From a virus (taxonomy: Duplodnaviria > Caudoviricetes), in IMG/VR virus record IMGVR_UViG_3300042975_000100, positions 80,788 through 144,787 of that record: DNA of 64,000 nt, one strand, 5' to 3'. Shown here piece after piece: positions 1 to 10,822 of this stretch. The position numbers and the translations under genes were made by a program. The notes under the pieces are model-generated. The model saw only the letters and a list, made by a program, of their open reading frames with translations. It made no database searches and had not been told where the DNA came from. Each line of letters starts with the position of its first letter. Position 1 is the first letter of the stretch.

Positions 1-1413
1 ATCGAATTTTTCTTGGACTTTAGAAGGAGACTCTTTTGGATCTGCCTCCATATTGCTATCAGATTTGTTGATAGTTCTATCCCGTCTATAGGGAGGGCGA
101 GTCTGAATCTTCCCTTTTTCATCATAGCTAATAGTGGAATTTACGTAGTTAGCATCGATAGCGTCAATAACTTCTGTTATTGTTAATACAGGATAAAACC
201 TAATATCTTGTGATGCTGTCTTCGTAAAAATGATCTTTAAGCTATGGTGCTCAGGATCGTCGAATCCAATAGTTGTACCATTTGCCTCGCCATACATCTT
301 TTGTAGAGTTTCTTTGAATTTATCCATCTCATCATAAAGAATAATAAAACTGCTTGTATTGATACTAGTGCCATCTTTGTCGCACAAGCTATACAATCCA
401 GAGATTACGGATTTCGTGTAACTCTCCTCTTTCTCCAGAGTTTCAAACATGCTAGCCTTGATGTCATTAACTATCTTGGTTATGGGTTCTTTCTTATCCC
501 CCTTATCATTTACAGAGTTTGCTTCTACTACATCTAATTTCCTTTTTATGGATTCAACAGACAATGCACCACCCCCAGCGATGATATCAATTTCTGTAAC
601 CAGACTATCACACGTTCTAGCAACCAAGCAGATATCTTCTACCATCTCAGCTGGAGTCTTTCCAAACTCATTGATAGGATGCTCTTCTTTGATCACCTCA
701 ATATCCAATGAGATTTTATTGTGCTTATACTCTATAACCGCTGAGCCTTTCCCGCTGAGAAACCAAGTCCCGAATTTTGTATTCAGTTCTTTTTTAGCAT
801 CGATGGTCTCGCATCTAAGATAATACTCAGAACGAGTCAGTAATCTAGGTGCATGGTTAGTAATATTCAGTGAGAAACCAACGATAACCTTTGTATGGGT
901 GTACGAATCATCTTTAGGAATGATGGTTTTGCTTGGATCTTCTTCCTTATAGTTATTCAGTTGACTTGCCTGAATATGCATGATTACTCCATACTTTGAT
1001 TTGAATACGACAGTCTTGATTCCTGCATTCTTGATCATACGCTTACAGAGCAGGCATGGCGCTCCAGATGCCAACGTGCCATCTGCATTCTCTCCATAGA
1101 TATAAATGGTAGAACCAATCATACGCTGTTTAGTACAATTGATGATAGCATTCTGCTCTGCATGTACGGCTTTACAGAGTTCGTATCTTTCTCCTTTTGG
1201 TACATGGAGTTCTTCACGTTTGCACTCTCCATGATCAGAGCAATTCTCTTCTCCCACCGGAGAGCCATTGTATCCACTAGATACAATGGCATTTGACGTA
1301 TCAACAATAACTGCACCGTATTTACGGCGCAGACAAGTGGATCTCATAGAAATTGCTTTTGCTACATTCAAGAAATATTCGTCCCATGATGGGCGTGCTG
1401 CTGTTGTTTTCAT
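1..1413 (-). CDS. dCMP deaminase (ComEB/Dcd-like) with a long C-terminal extension; runs off the window edge and is missing from the ORF track
   Basis: Manual translation from ATG at 1413: MKTTAARPSWDEYFLNVAKAISMRSTCLRRKYGAVIV...SGYNG...VHAEQNAI...PCLLCKRMIKNAGI (HxE and PCxxC zinc motifs). The frame stays open for 471 codons to position 1. Confidence 0.9.
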   Translation of the reverse strand, partial: MKTTAARPSWDEYFLNVAKAISMRSTCLRRKYGAVIVDTSNAIVSSGYNGSPVGEENCSDHGECKREELHVPKGERYELCKAVHAEQNAIINCTKQRMIGSTIYIYGENADGTLASGAPCLLCKRMIKNAGIKTVVFKSKYGVIMHIQASQLNNYKEEDPSKTIIPKDDSYTHTKVIVGFSLNITNHAPRLLTRSEYYLRCETIDAKKELNTKFGTWFLSGKGSAVIEYKHNKISLDIEVIKEEHPINEFGKTPAEMVEDICLVARTCDSLVTEIDIIAGGGALSVESIKRKLDVVEANSVNDKGDKKEPITKIVNDIKASMFETLEKEESYTKSVISGLYSLCDKDGTSINTSSFIILYDEMDKFKETLQKMYGEANGTTIGFDDPEHHSLKIIFTKTASQDIRFYPVLTITEVIDAIDANYVNSTISYDEKGKIQTRPPYRRDRTINKSDSNMEADPKESPSKVQEKFD

Positions 1414-1415
1414 AA

Positions 1416-1625
1416 TTAATATATCCTCCCCTGAGATACTATAATCAAATTAGTAAGAAGCACGGTTAGCAATACCAATATCGCTATGATTAGCGTATCG
1501 ATATTGCAAAACTCGTGTTTAATCCGAAGCATCATGTATCGAAGATCTTCCTTAGCTCTTACCCTCGGATTCAACCTGCTCTGTATCCTCTTCAAATGTT
1601 CCGGAAGTATCGTAATCTTTTTCAT
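1416..1625 (-). CDS. small membrane protein
   Basis: 69 aa, one C-terminal hydrophobic helix, GGGAGG RBS. Confidence 0.5.
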   Translation of the reverse strand: MKKITILPEHLKRIQSRLNPRVRAKEDLRYMMLRIKHEFCNIDTLIIAILVLLTVLLTNLIIVSQGRIY

Positions 1626-2904
1626 CTAATGCTGGCCTCCCGTCATTAAGCCAAACTAAGATAGGATGTTTTTGAATTGTATCTGTTGCATCGGTCGAAT
1701 ACAGATATGCTGCTGTGCATGTCAGTACAGAACGTCGAGTATCAATATTCAATACATCAATCTGCGCCAGATATCTAATGAAGTCTTCTGCTTTAGGACC
1801 TCCTACAAATTCTGCCGGTTTCGAATCGGTTGGGTATCTGAACAGATAATCAAATACCAACTTTTCGAGATAGTCCATATAGATAAATTGCCTACGCATG
1901 AAGATCATCTTCTTCATGGCTTCGACAAATTCTTTTGAGATCTCATTACTGCCATTGCAATAGTCTCTTACTGCTGTAATAAGAAGCTCCAAAAAATCAT
2001 TGATGTTCGCTTCGTTAAACCATATTTCCATCAGCATTTTTTCTCTTTCAGAATACTTATGCTTCTTATATGGCTTAGCAGTATTTGCTTCAGGCTGCTT
2101 GTTATCGTCAATGAAACCATCTTTATAATCCATCAGCCCTAATGTACGCAAGAACTTAACAAAATTAACTGTTCTAGATCCACCATTATAGTCTATGGTC
2201 AAAGCGTCTTCATGTAAGATAAAAGCATCGCGCGCCAGACTGATAAAGAGAGGCTTATCGATTTCATTTATCTTAAACGTAAGTATCCTCTTTATCGAAT
2301 CGATGTATTCATCAGGAACGGAGCCTTCTTCATAAGCACAATAGTCTTTCACAATATCAATGATATCGCGTAAAATGCAGTTGATATTCATTGTCATGCC
2401 TGAAAGCTCAATAGATTCTCCGTCATGCTCAATGAAAAAAGATATAATGCGTAGCACTTTTTCTCTTCGTTTAATATCTACCGTCACATCTCCTTGTAAT
2501 TTATTCTTAGTGAGGTCTTTCTTATGTGGCATTTCTTTCGGGACACTCCCAAATTTGAAGCTCATCAATCCTAGTTCAACTAAGAATGAAATGAACTGTC
2601 TTGCTTTGTCCCCTTGAACGCTTATTCCCGAAGAGTCTTCTTCCAGGATAATATCCTTACGTACCAATCCTGTAAGAAGGGGTATGTCTATATCTTTAGC
2701 TTTGTACTTGATCAGTTTCTTTATTGAACAGACATCTGCATCAGAGATGGCTCCATCTGCACCGGCACAATATTCTTTCATAGCACCGATGATATCGTAT
2801 AATAAAATACCATTGATGTCTATATAGTCACCTTGATCAGCTCCACCTTTACTCTCGAAAGATGCTATGACATCTAGCAATCTTTCTTTCCTAAGATTTT
2901 CCAT
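1552..2904 (-). CDS. hypothetical protein made of three ~130-aa internal repeats
   Basis: Recurring pattern R.E..L.../NIN..L..II..[MV][KR][ED]YC/...G.[KR]...F[IV].[FY]L..[LI]..[ML] three times. Confidence 0.75.
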   Translation of the reverse strand: MENLRKERLLDVIASFESKGGADQGDYIDINGILLYDIIGAMKEYCAGADGAISDADVCSIKKLIKYKAKDIDIPLLTGLVRKDIILEEDSSGISVQGDKARQFISFLVELGLMSFKFGSVPKEMPHKKDLTKNKLQGDVTVDIKRREKVLRIISFFIEHDGESIELSGMTMNINCILRDIIDIVKDYCAYEEGSVPDEYIDSIKRILTFKINEIDKPLFISLARDAFILHEDALTIDYNGGSRTVNFVKFLRTLGLMDYKDGFIDDNKQPEANTAKPYKKHKYSEREKMLMEIWFNEANINDFLELLITAVRDYCNGSNEISKEFVEAMKKMIFMRRQFIYMDYLEKLVFDYLFRYPTDSKPAEFVGGPKAEDFIRYLAQIDVLNIDTRRSVLTCTAAYLYSTDATDTIQKHPILVWLNDGRPALDEKDYDTSGTFEEDTEQVESEGKS

Positions 2905-2916
2905 CCCTACATCTCC

Positions 2917-3328
2917 TTATAATTTGCTCTTGATGATATCTTTCTTATGCAGCATTTCTTTCCACACACCGAGAGTATATCCCATTTTGATAAACAGCAT
3001 CTTAGCCTCTACTGTCATTCCGACAAGACCGGCTGTATGCATTTCATCGATTACAGCCTGCTCGAAGTCATGCGTTGCTTTCTTAGCCAACTGCCAATTG
3101 ATAACATCTTTTCCATAAAGATGAGTTACCGCAAGACCCTGATAAGTCTTTTGCGGAAACTTCGTCTTAATGAAACCATCACTGGTATCTTCAATATTCT
3201 GGATAACAGCTTTACGCTCATTATCACTTGTAGTTTTCTTAAGATCCTCTACTAAGAGAATGATATCACCAAGTGCAACCACCATTTCAAAGTATTCAGA
3301 TTCCAGTTCTTTAACGTCTACTAGCATT
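2917..3328 (-). CDS. hypothetical protein
   Basis: ORF track; start moved to ATG at 3328 (GGAGG RBS, abuts the sbcC stop). Confidence 0.65.
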
Positions 3329-6004
3329 TTACATTCCTCCATATTGATAGATGACATTGCCATCTAGTTTTAATGTCGGATCACTGTTTTTAAGAACAAT
3401 TAGATCCGCATCATACATACTGAGTTCGCTATTATGACTAATCATTATGCACTGCTCATATGAAAGCATCTTCATCAAAGTATTCAATACGGTGATGAAC
3501 TGCAATCTGTTTTGTGGATCTAATCCGCCATCAATCTCATCTAACTTGATTATAGAATAATCATTAGATGTAGAACGAAGCAGCGCGAAGCTAACGATCA
3601 TACTGATCATACATACTTGAGCTGTACTCATAGAAGAGATATCATCATTCATAATACCTCTGCCTAAGCATGGCATCTTAAACTCTTTCTCATTGATGAT
3701 GAATGGATGTAATACAAACTCCCCATTGAAGAATGACTTTAAAAGCTCATTAGACGTAGAGAGAATCCCATTCATAAACATCTCCATATACACAGTCTGT
3801 ATTCCAGTAGTTGGAGATGCATAATATTTGATCTTCTCAGTCATGTCATATTCAGATGAATACTTCTTGTACTGATCGAGATAATCATTATAGAGTACGA
3901 TCTTATACTTAGCCTTCTGCAAGTTATCCTGATTCTTTGGAATAAGATCAGTATTGATCATTTCCAATTCAGACATATCTGCATCCATAGTTTCTTTGAT
4001 TGTTGTAGCCGCTGTAAAACTTGCTTCGAGCCTAGGTAACTTATCAGTTATCTCATCTATTCTCTTAGATAAGTTCTGATATTGAATCTTGGTCTGATAT
4101 AGATTCGTATCAGTAGATAAGGATTTGTTAAGTTCACTGATCTCACCAGCATAAGAATCTATCTTCTTCTTAGCATCTTCTTCATCATGACGATAAGCTG
4201 CATATGCCGCCCTATCTTTATTGATGGATTCCGTTAAGAATAAGATTTCTGCTTCATTCTTTGATAGCGATGACTTCTGATCTTTGAATCTCTGAATATC
4301 TGCCTTAGTAGTTTTAACAACAGTGATCAGATTAGAACGGTCAAGATAACCCTTCGTATCCATCATTACCTGCTGATTGCTAAGCATAAACTTAGCATAA
4401 CTATCAATGTCTCTTACCCATTCCAGTCCATGGAACTTAGTAAGAATAGTCTGAGGAATAGATTCATAGAATCTGAATACCTCCATCTTACATTGCATGA
4501 CTTTACCGCTAGCCTTCTGTAAAGCTATCATATCCTGCAATGCATGCTCTTGCTCCTCTAATGCCACATTCAATTTATTGAAGTCATCTTCAGAGAGTAA
4601 ACAGCTCTTAGCACTTACGACTTCTTCAATGAATGGACAATCACTCAGATGATTACAATCATCTGGAATCAGAGAGAATGTTTTACATTGATCTTTGAGA
4701 GTTCTTTGGCGAACAATCAAAGCTTTAGACTCAGAGATAGACTCTCTGAGTTTCTCTATGGATTCATCGGTTGGTGCTACACTAGAACCAACCATCCCAA
4801 ATGTTTCTTCTAGGATATTATCCTCATAAGTATCTCTGATATATTGAATATGAGATTTGAGTCTCTGCATGAATTGAACAGCTGTATCATACTCATCTCT
4901 AGTTACATCATCATACTTATCAAAACCTATCTCAGAGAACTGTTCTTTGCAGAATTCGAGTTTATCTTTGCACTCCTGTATCCTTTCATCGATATCGCTC
5001 AAAATCGCGTAATCGCCAAAAGCATCGAGTTTAATCGTATTAGTTTGGATACGATCAGAAAGCTCTTTTTCTAATGCTAAGATCTTTTTGTACTGTTCTT
5101 CGGCATTTTCTTTCATAGATTTAGCTCTAGCGATTTTACTAGCATAGATAGCTTCGTAGTTATCAGCTACTCTGCTGAATCTAATTTTGTACTTAGCGCA
5201 ATCCTCGAAATTTGCATTGCATACAGTAAGTTCATTCTTCAGCTGATTATACTCGGTAAGTATATCTGTATTATCTTGGTCAGCTAACGCATTTAGCTTT
5301 TCCTTACTGGTTGCGATCTTTGCAATCAATAGATTACGTCTGTCTTCCATATCGCCCATTGAAGATTCCATCGACTTAATTGAACTATTAATCGATTCAG
5401 TATCTCCAATAGAATCCATCTTAGAATTGATAGAGTTAAGAATAGATTTCAATTCAGAGCTCTTCTTAACCAATTTCTTATAGATAAGATTATAGAACTC
5501 CAATTGGCTAAGCTTGCTATTGATGAATCTCTTTCTCTCTGCAGGATTCTTATCTGCTAATCCTCTATCATCAGAAGACAATTGTGCAAGTAGTAAGAAG
5601 TCTTCATCTATGCCAAGAATCTCATGGATGATCTTCTTTCCTTCAGTTACATTACCATTAGGATTGAGTTCTTTTGTAGTTCCATCTGAATATGTAACAC
5701 GGACATGACAGGAAGAGCTTCTTGTTCCGCTCTTGCTGCATGTACTTGTATGAGTTATATCCAATACCTTTCCTGGAAGGATATAGCTAATACTCTTAAC
5801 TGCATCTTTCCCAGGAACAAAGTCTTTTGCTTGTTCATTATCAGGATTGATGGCTTTGAGTATTGTACTCTTTCCTGAGCCATTGTCTCCTTTGATAACA
5901 GTAATACTGTGTGTCGCTTTAGAGAAGTCTATAAGAATCTCCTCTAATCCTAAACCATTATAAATCCCTACGTAGTTCCGCAGGTATAGTCGTGCCAATC
6001 TCAT
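3329..6004 (-). CDS. sbcC: SbcC/Rad50-like SMC ATPase (recombination/repair)
   Basis: Walker A GDNGSGKST, long coiled coils with a central Cys pair (DCNHLSDCPF, hook-like), signature variant MSTAQ, Walker B/D-loop KLDEIDGGLD, H-loop ISH. Confidence 0.9.
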   Translation of the reverse strand: MRLARLYLRNYVGIYNGLGLEEILIDFSKATHSITVIKGDNGSGKSTILKAINPDNEQAKDFVPGKDAVKSISYILPGKVLDITHTSTCSKSGTRSSSCHVRVTYSDGTTKELNPNGNVTEGKKIIHEILGIDEDFLLLAQLSSDDRGLADKNPAERKRFINSKLSQLEFYNLIYKKLVKKSSELKSILNSINSKMDSIGDTESINSSIKSMESSMGDMEDRRNLLIAKIATSKEKLNALADQDNTDILTEYNQLKNELTVCNANFEDCAKYKIRFSRVADNYEAIYASKIARAKSMKENAEEQYKKILALEKELSDRIQTNTIKLDAFGDYAILSDIDERIQECKDKLEFCKEQFSEIGFDKYDDVTRDEYDTAVQFMQRLKSHIQYIRDTYEDNILEETFGMVGSSVAPTDESIEKLRESISESKALIVRQRTLKDQCKTFSLIPDDCNHLSDCPFIEEVVSAKSCLLSEDDFNKLNVALEEQEHALQDMIALQKASGKVMQCKMEVFRFYESIPQTILTKFHGLEWVRDIDSYAKFMLSNQQVMMDTKGYLDRSNLITVVKTTKADIQRFKDQKSSLSKNEAEILFLTESINKDRAAYAAYRHDEEDAKKKIDSYAGEISELNKSLSTDTNLYQTKIQYQNLSKRIDEITDKLPRLEASFTAATTIKETMDADMSELEMINTDLIPKNQDNLQKAKYKIVLYNDYLDQYKKYSSEYDMTEKIKYYASPTTGIQTVYMEMFMNGILSTSNELLKSFFNGEFVLHPFIINEKEFKMPCLGRGIMNDDISSMSTAQVCMISMIVSFALLRSTSNDYSIIKLDEIDGGLDPQNRLQFITVLNTLMKMLSYEQCIMISHNSELSMYDADLIVLKNSDPTLKLDGNVIYQYGGM

Positions 6005-6051
6005 ATTGTCTCCCCCTATTAGTCAAAAGTTAAGTTTCTATTAAAAAATAA

Positions 6052-6076
6052 TCCCTGAGCTATAATAGCTCAGGGA
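6052..6076 (-). terminator. intrinsic terminator
   Basis: TCCCTGAGC-TATAATA-GCTCAGGGA hairpin followed by a T tract on the minus strand. Confidence 0.8.
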
Positions 6077-6205
6077 ATATTAGAATCTTAACGAAATAGA
6101 GATTCATTAAGAGAAATACAATATAAAGCGAATCTATCATCGACCTTGTACTTAGCGCAAAGTTGATGAATGTTCTTTTTGTATACGTAGAAAGCTCTGG
6201 CTATC

Positions 6206-6805
6206 TTATAAGCCAGACGTTCTTGCTCTTTCCTCAGCCCGAACATATTCACACCTCAATTCATCGATATGTTTCACGGTCTTCAGCATATCATCTGTAT
6301 CGATCTTATCAGTATTACACTTAAAGACCTCTACGTCATTTGTGCGCTTATAAAGACTGTATAAAGCATATTCCTTTATCCAATCGTTAGTCCTGATATT
6401 CGTCATATCTACGATATCAACAGCTCCAACCGTCAGCCTATGTGTATGATAGCAGTAGTGATCAATGCTATCAATAATCTTATAGAAAAGCTTATACAGC
6501 TTATGATAAGATACTTCCATGCCGTCGATAAAGTCTGGATAGATCAGAAAGATATTACGATTGTTCAAAGACGACTCACTGATATCATGAGCCATAGCGC
6601 ACTTGCTCTTGCCAAATACGAAGTAGATACTACACTCGTCACACTTAGCATAAGTATATACTCCATCAATGTCTTCCTTAGAATTTCCGACTGCTTCATG
6701 GATACGAGTAATCTCCGCACCACCTTTGTTCATTCTAGCACGAACAATAGTAGCTTGCGAACAACTCCCGTAAAATAAACCAGCCAATTTAATCCTATTG
6801 AACAA
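6206..6805 (-). CDS. hypothetical protein
   Basis: 199-aa ORF within a co-directional cluster. Confidence 0.6.
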   Translation of the reverse strand: MFNRIKLAGLFYGSCSQATIVRARMNKGGAEITRIHEAVGNSKEDIDGVYTYAKCDECSIYFVFGKSKCAMAHDISESSLNNRNIFLIYPDFIDGMEVSYHKLYKLFYKIIDSIDHYCYHTHRLTVGAVDIVDMTNIRTNDWIKEYALYSLYKRTNDVEVFKCNTDKIDTDDMLKTVKHIDELRCEYVRAEERARTSGL

Positions 6806-6806
6806 T

Positions 6807-7106
6807 TTATTTCTCCTCCTCTACATACCCAACTCCCACATTCTTATCCTGCAAGATAGGAGCCTGAGTAGGTTCACCTTTAAAGCCAACTGGCTCTAAC
6901 CCTCTTACAGTTAAATGCATAGGAGTGCTGTGCCCACATATAGGGCATACCAATTTGTAGTGAATCTCGTTTTTCAACTCAGCTTGAATCCAAGCTGTAT
7001 CAGATACTTTATATGCTGCATATGCAGATTTCATCAAGATCTTTTCATGATGACATCTTGGGCATACAGCAAATCTGTTTAATGTAATAGCAGTATGCTT
7101 TTCCAT
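6807..7106 (-). CDS. zinc-ribbon protein
   Basis: CPRC...CPIC pairs, AAGGAG RBS. Confidence 0.65.
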   Translation of the reverse strand: MEKHTAITLNRFAVCPRCHHEKILMKSAYAAYKVSDTAWIQAELKNEIHYKLVCPICGHSTPMHLTVRGLEPVGFKGEPTQAPILQDKNVGVGYVEEEK

Positions 7107-7120
7107 TATTCTTTCTCCTT

Positions 7121-7423
7121 TCAGTGCTTCTTTTTATCAAGAAGTTCTGGTAATGGGTCTCCCTCTTTCCAATCATACAAAGGTAGAACGCGATCTTTTA
7201 ATTCAGGAAGGTACCTGTTCATCATCTTCCACCCTTCATATTTTTTATAGTTATCTTTAATATACTGTGCAATGGCACTATCAAAGTAACCAGCCGTAAG
7301 AGGAACAGATACGATAGCTACACGCCGTCCATTATCTGTATCCTTAAACAGCATTACTTGTATAAGCTTATTAGAAAATACGATAAGGCGCGTAGCCTTA
7401 TACAATGCTCGTTTTCTTATCAC
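7121..7423 (-). CDS. hypothetical protein, paralog of 7708-7956
   Basis: Shared pattern KA.RL....LI......I..Y...NYK......RVL. Confidence 0.6.
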   Translation of the reverse strand: MIRKRALYKATRLIVFSNKLIQVMLFKDTDNGRRVAIVSVPLTAGYFDSAIAQYIKDNYKKYEGWKMMNRYLPELKDRVLPLYDWKEGDPLPELLDKKKH

Positions 7424-7503
7424 TTATTATCCCTCCTTAATAGCGACCCATCAAATACCTTGGATACTCTCTCCGGTATTCAATAAGCCGCTTTCCACAT
7501 TGT

Positions 7504-7704
7504 TTACTTAAATATGATATCTATCATCTTTTCTGCTTTTACAAAAGCTTCAAATGTGACCACTTCAGACGTAGGTCTGAGTTGAAAGAGCCGCACATTC
7601 ACTATTGCATCATGCAATTTCTTCATGGTGGTTGCGTATTTGTGTAATGCTCGGCCATTTAACATTTTAGCTTTTAGCATATTCCTTCGTCTTATCTTGT
7701 CCAT
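7504..7704 (-). CDS. hypothetical basic protein
   Basis: 66-aa ORF within the operon. Confidence 0.5.
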   Translation of the reverse strand: MDKIRRRNMLKAKMLNGRALHKYATTMKKLHDAIVNVRLFQLRPTSEVVTFEAFVKAEKMIDIIFK

Positions 7705-7707
7705 AAC

Positions 7708-7956
7708 TTACAATGCCGGAACAAGCGTATAAGTAAGGACCCGATTACGATAGGATGGCTTAGAGAGCTTTCTGAGGAACATTATTCCTTTATAGTTCTC
7801 ACTAAGATATTCCTCTATATGGCCTTCAGCAGATGAAGGAATATACAGATCGTCAGGTACACTGTCATCCGCTAAATGCGAAACGAGGATGTGGATAAGA
7901 TTCTCAGAATCTGTAAGAAGTCTGATTGCTTTAATTTTGTTTAATTCGTGTCTCAT
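7708..7956 (-). CDS. hypothetical protein, paralog of 7121-7423
   Basis: Similarity as above; AAGGAG RBS. Confidence 0.6.
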   Translation of the reverse strand: MRHELNKIKAIRLLTDSENLIHILVSHLADDSVPDDLYIPSSAEGHIEEYLSENYKGIMFLRKLSKPSYRNRVLTYTLVPAL

Positions 7957-8155
7957 AGTTATTACTCCTTTTCATATCTACCATTAAAGAAAAGATCAAA
8001 TGCTTTTCTCTTCATTCTTAATCTTGAATTGCTACGCAAATGATAAAAATGGCTAATCAGTGCGTAGTTAATCTTAATTGTAACCTTCTTAACCATTACA
8101 AATCATCCTTTCAAAATAAATCCTGTATGGCTGAATTGCCATACAGGATATAGAA

Positions 8156-8392
8156 TCAGAAATTAGGGTCTGTATATTTGATAGCGCGCATATCACCAGT
8201 GATGAGAGTACGTGCGTCGGCGAACCGAGAAGTTCTTCCCGGAGGAAGGATCTCAGTAAAATCCTTAGCAACGCCATTCACTACTACACTACCAAATTTT
8301 AGATGCGTATTACCGAGAGCTGCTTCATTCTTTTTGATTTGCTGCATCTGCTCCCGAGAATACACAAATGTACGTTCATACATATTACTCAT
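8156..8392 (-). CDS. hypothetical protein coupled to the RNAP beta-N gene
   Basis: 78 aa; start overlaps the stop of the upstream gene. Confidence 0.65.
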   Translation of the reverse strand: MSNMYERTFVYSREQMQQIKKNEAALGNTHLKFGSVVVNGVAKDFTEILPPGRTSRFADARTLITGDMRAIKYTDPNF

Positions 8393-10157
8393 ACGTTATC
8401 GTCCCGCTTCCTTCAACCGGTACTTGATCAGTAGTTACAGCTTCTGGATGGAGAATCTCCATCATAGACTTGATACACTCAAGTCCTTCTTCTGCCATAT
8501 GCTCACTAACCTGTGGGATATCCATTTGTCCCAATACCGATTTCTTAAAATGAATTACATCTTTCAGCCCACGCTGCTTCTTATATCCATCATAGAGTTT
8601 CTCATACTCATCTCCCCAAGTAATTGGTTCTTGGAAATCTGAAATGAAACCATTCCCATACGTTTGAAGCAGTGGAACAACACTACCGCTGATACCAGGA
8701 TCGGATGGTGAAGAAGCATCAGGGTCAAGTACACCCATATTGCTTACATCAAGATACCGATAAATCTTTGGAATGGATTTACCGCTAGTCTCTCCGATAC
8801 CGCTTTCTCCCTTATAAGTACATTTAAGGGCAACGATAGAATCCATGTCAGTGACGGTGTTTCTAAATGTGATCAACTGAGATCTAGATACTGCACTAAC
8901 AAGGAACATCGGATTCGTAATGAGAGATTTCCGGATAGACCGAATATCTGCTCTAGGATTATCCGACAGATTATAGATACCATATGCCAAACGATTACCA
9001 TACATAGCGCCAATATAATCAGCGATATTGATACGTTTGGTTCTGATATTCAGATTATCTTTCAGCTTCAAGTTGCTGAATTCGTTCAGTACCCATTGCA
9101 GGATTCTGAACACATCGCGTTTATACTCTTCAGGTAATCTGATATTGTCTCTTGTATCGATGCTATATACCCCTCTCAATGAGGTGAGTACATTGCATCC
9201 TTTCATATACTTATCAGCTGTAAGCGAACTTGTATATGCATTACCCAGACGCATCTTCCAGAAGACATCTGAGAAGATATCCTGAATGGTAAGGTCTTTG
9301 ATACAAGTTTGTGTGCAAAGCATATTGATTACATGCTGAACAACAGCATTGCCATCGAAGATCTGCTTCGGAACACAGAAAAACAGCTTGATGCTGTCTT
9401 TGATCTCTCCACGATACTGTGGCTGGAATGAATAGAATATATTCTCATCCAGTGGAGTTTCAGATGGGATTACTACCTGACTGAGTCCAAAGAACTCAAG
9501 AGCATTGTAGAATCCATACTGAGCAAATACATACAGCGATGCCGATGTGCATTTGCTAAATGCCATACAATCATATTGTGTAGCATCATGCTCTTCACCT
9601 TTATAGTCATAGAGCTTCACAATGTTTCTGAAGATACGAATAGGGTGGAACATGGTTTTCAAAGTCACACAATGCGAATCAGATTTACTGGTTGCATTGT
9701 TATAGGTACTTCCATCAACGATTTGATACATAGAGCTGCAGTAATTTCCATTAATATAGAAATAGAACTTGTCCACTACCCGTGGGACAGCTATAATGAC
9801 ATCAATCTCTTCATGCTGATCTTTGATCTCGATATAGTACGTGACTATAAGAAGTTTCAAAGCTGACTGTTTCAAATCGATAAAGTTATATCGATTATCT
9901 TCGTCAGACCGTGACTTAGAAGACTTCTTCCGATTAAGCATCTCTTGATACTTACGGAGAGTCTCATTTACTTCGAAGAAGCTATCTACAACTCTAAAAT
10001 TCTTAACCAGAATCTTAAAGTTTGTTTCTCTCTGACAAGAGAGGATGATTTTCTTCAATACTTTGATGATCTCTTCATCGGAGCGGCTGAATAACTTTGC
10101 ATTGAACCGATAGGTTGTCTTTTCTGCAAAGTCATGAATAAACTGTTTCTGATTCAA
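8385..10157 (-). CDS. non-virion RNA polymerase beta subunit, N-terminal half (phiKZ gp123 / AR9-like)
   Basis: FYINGNY..MYQIVD, KDNLNIRTKRI and the fork/rif-region analog YRYLDVSNMGVLDPDASSPSDPGISGSVVP; 590 aa; near the beta-C gene. Confidence 0.8.
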   Translation of the reverse strand: MNQKQFIHDFAEKTTYRFNAKLFSRSDEEIIKVLKKIILSCQRETNFKILVKNFRVVDSFFEVNETLRKYQEMLNRKKSSKSRSDEDNRYNFIDLKQSALKLLIVTYYIEIKDQHEEIDVIIAVPRVVDKFYFYINGNYCSSMYQIVDGSTYNNATSKSDSHCVTLKTMFHPIRIFRNIVKLYDYKGEEHDATQYDCMAFSKCTSASLYVFAQYGFYNALEFFGLSQVVIPSETPLDENIFYSFQPQYRGEIKDSIKLFFCVPKQIFDGNAVVQHVINMLCTQTCIKDLTIQDIFSDVFWKMRLGNAYTSSLTADKYMKGCNVLTSLRGVYSIDTRDNIRLPEEYKRDVFRILQWVLNEFSNLKLKDNLNIRTKRINIADYIGAMYGNRLAYGIYNLSDNPRADIRSIRKSLITNPMFLVSAVSRSQLITFRNTVTDMDSIVALKCTYKGESGIGETSGKSIPKIYRYLDVSNMGVLDPDASSPSDPGISGSVVPLLQTYGNGFISDFQEPITWGDEYEKLYDGYKKQRGLKDVIHFKKSVLGQMDIPQVSEHMAEEGLECIKSMMEILHPEAVTTDQVPVEGSGTITYE

Positions 10158-10822
10158 TCAGATTCCTCCCCATCTTCACCTGATGCGGCATTAGGTGCGG
10201 TGATCCTTGTCTTCAGCACTTTGTTCATTGGATTCACGCATCCAGGTTTATCTGTAATGGTGATATCAACGTCCAAATCATATGCTGTAGCAAGACTTGT
10301 GAGTTTCTTGAGTGTGATACCCTTATTCTTCTTAGACGTAATAAGACGCATGCAGTTACTAAAGTCACTGCCGAGTCTCTGTCTGTAAGATTCAGGATCG
10401 ATAGCCTTTGCTCCTAATGCTTCTTTGATAAGCTTAAGAGCAGGCGAATCATTAGGATCTATGTACGGCTCAAGCACATTATCCTTCGTAGTAAGACGAG
10501 CTGTCTCGTCATTTGCCAACTGATCCTTTTTCTTGATCAGTTCAGCATAAGATTTTGAATCGCTGAAATTGATAACTCTATCTTCAGAGTAATCTTTCAT
10601 ACGCTCCTCTGGCGGTTTCGTATATACAGACATGCAACCTGCATCTACAACACCGGGAAGACCTTCGGTAAATCTAGGTCTAATAGGATAAACAATCCCG
10701 TCTTTAGCAACACATGTGTTTTCAAACATTGGCTCATTGAATTGCTTACGGCGGATATATTCATCTTCAGATATGACATCCATAGTTGTATTATTGATAA
10801 ATACCTGTCTAATATCGTCCAA
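10154..10822 (-). CDS. putative DNA-binding protein with a C-terminal XRE-like HTH
   Basis: DFSNCMRLITSKKNKGITLKKLTSLATAYDLDVDITITD resembles an HTH_XRE C-terminus; stop overlaps the RNAP start. Confidence 0.55.
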   Translation of the reverse strand: MDDIRQVFINNTTMDVISEDEYIRRKQFNEPMFENTCVAKDGIVYPIRPRFTEGLPGVVDAGCMSVYTKPPEERMKDYSEDRVINFSDSKSYAELIKKKDQLANDETARLTTKDNVLEPYIDPNDSPALKLIKEALGAKAIDPESYRQRLGSDFSNCMRLITSKKNKGITLKKLTSLATAYDLDVDITITDKPGCVNPMNKVLKTRITAPNAASGEDGEESD

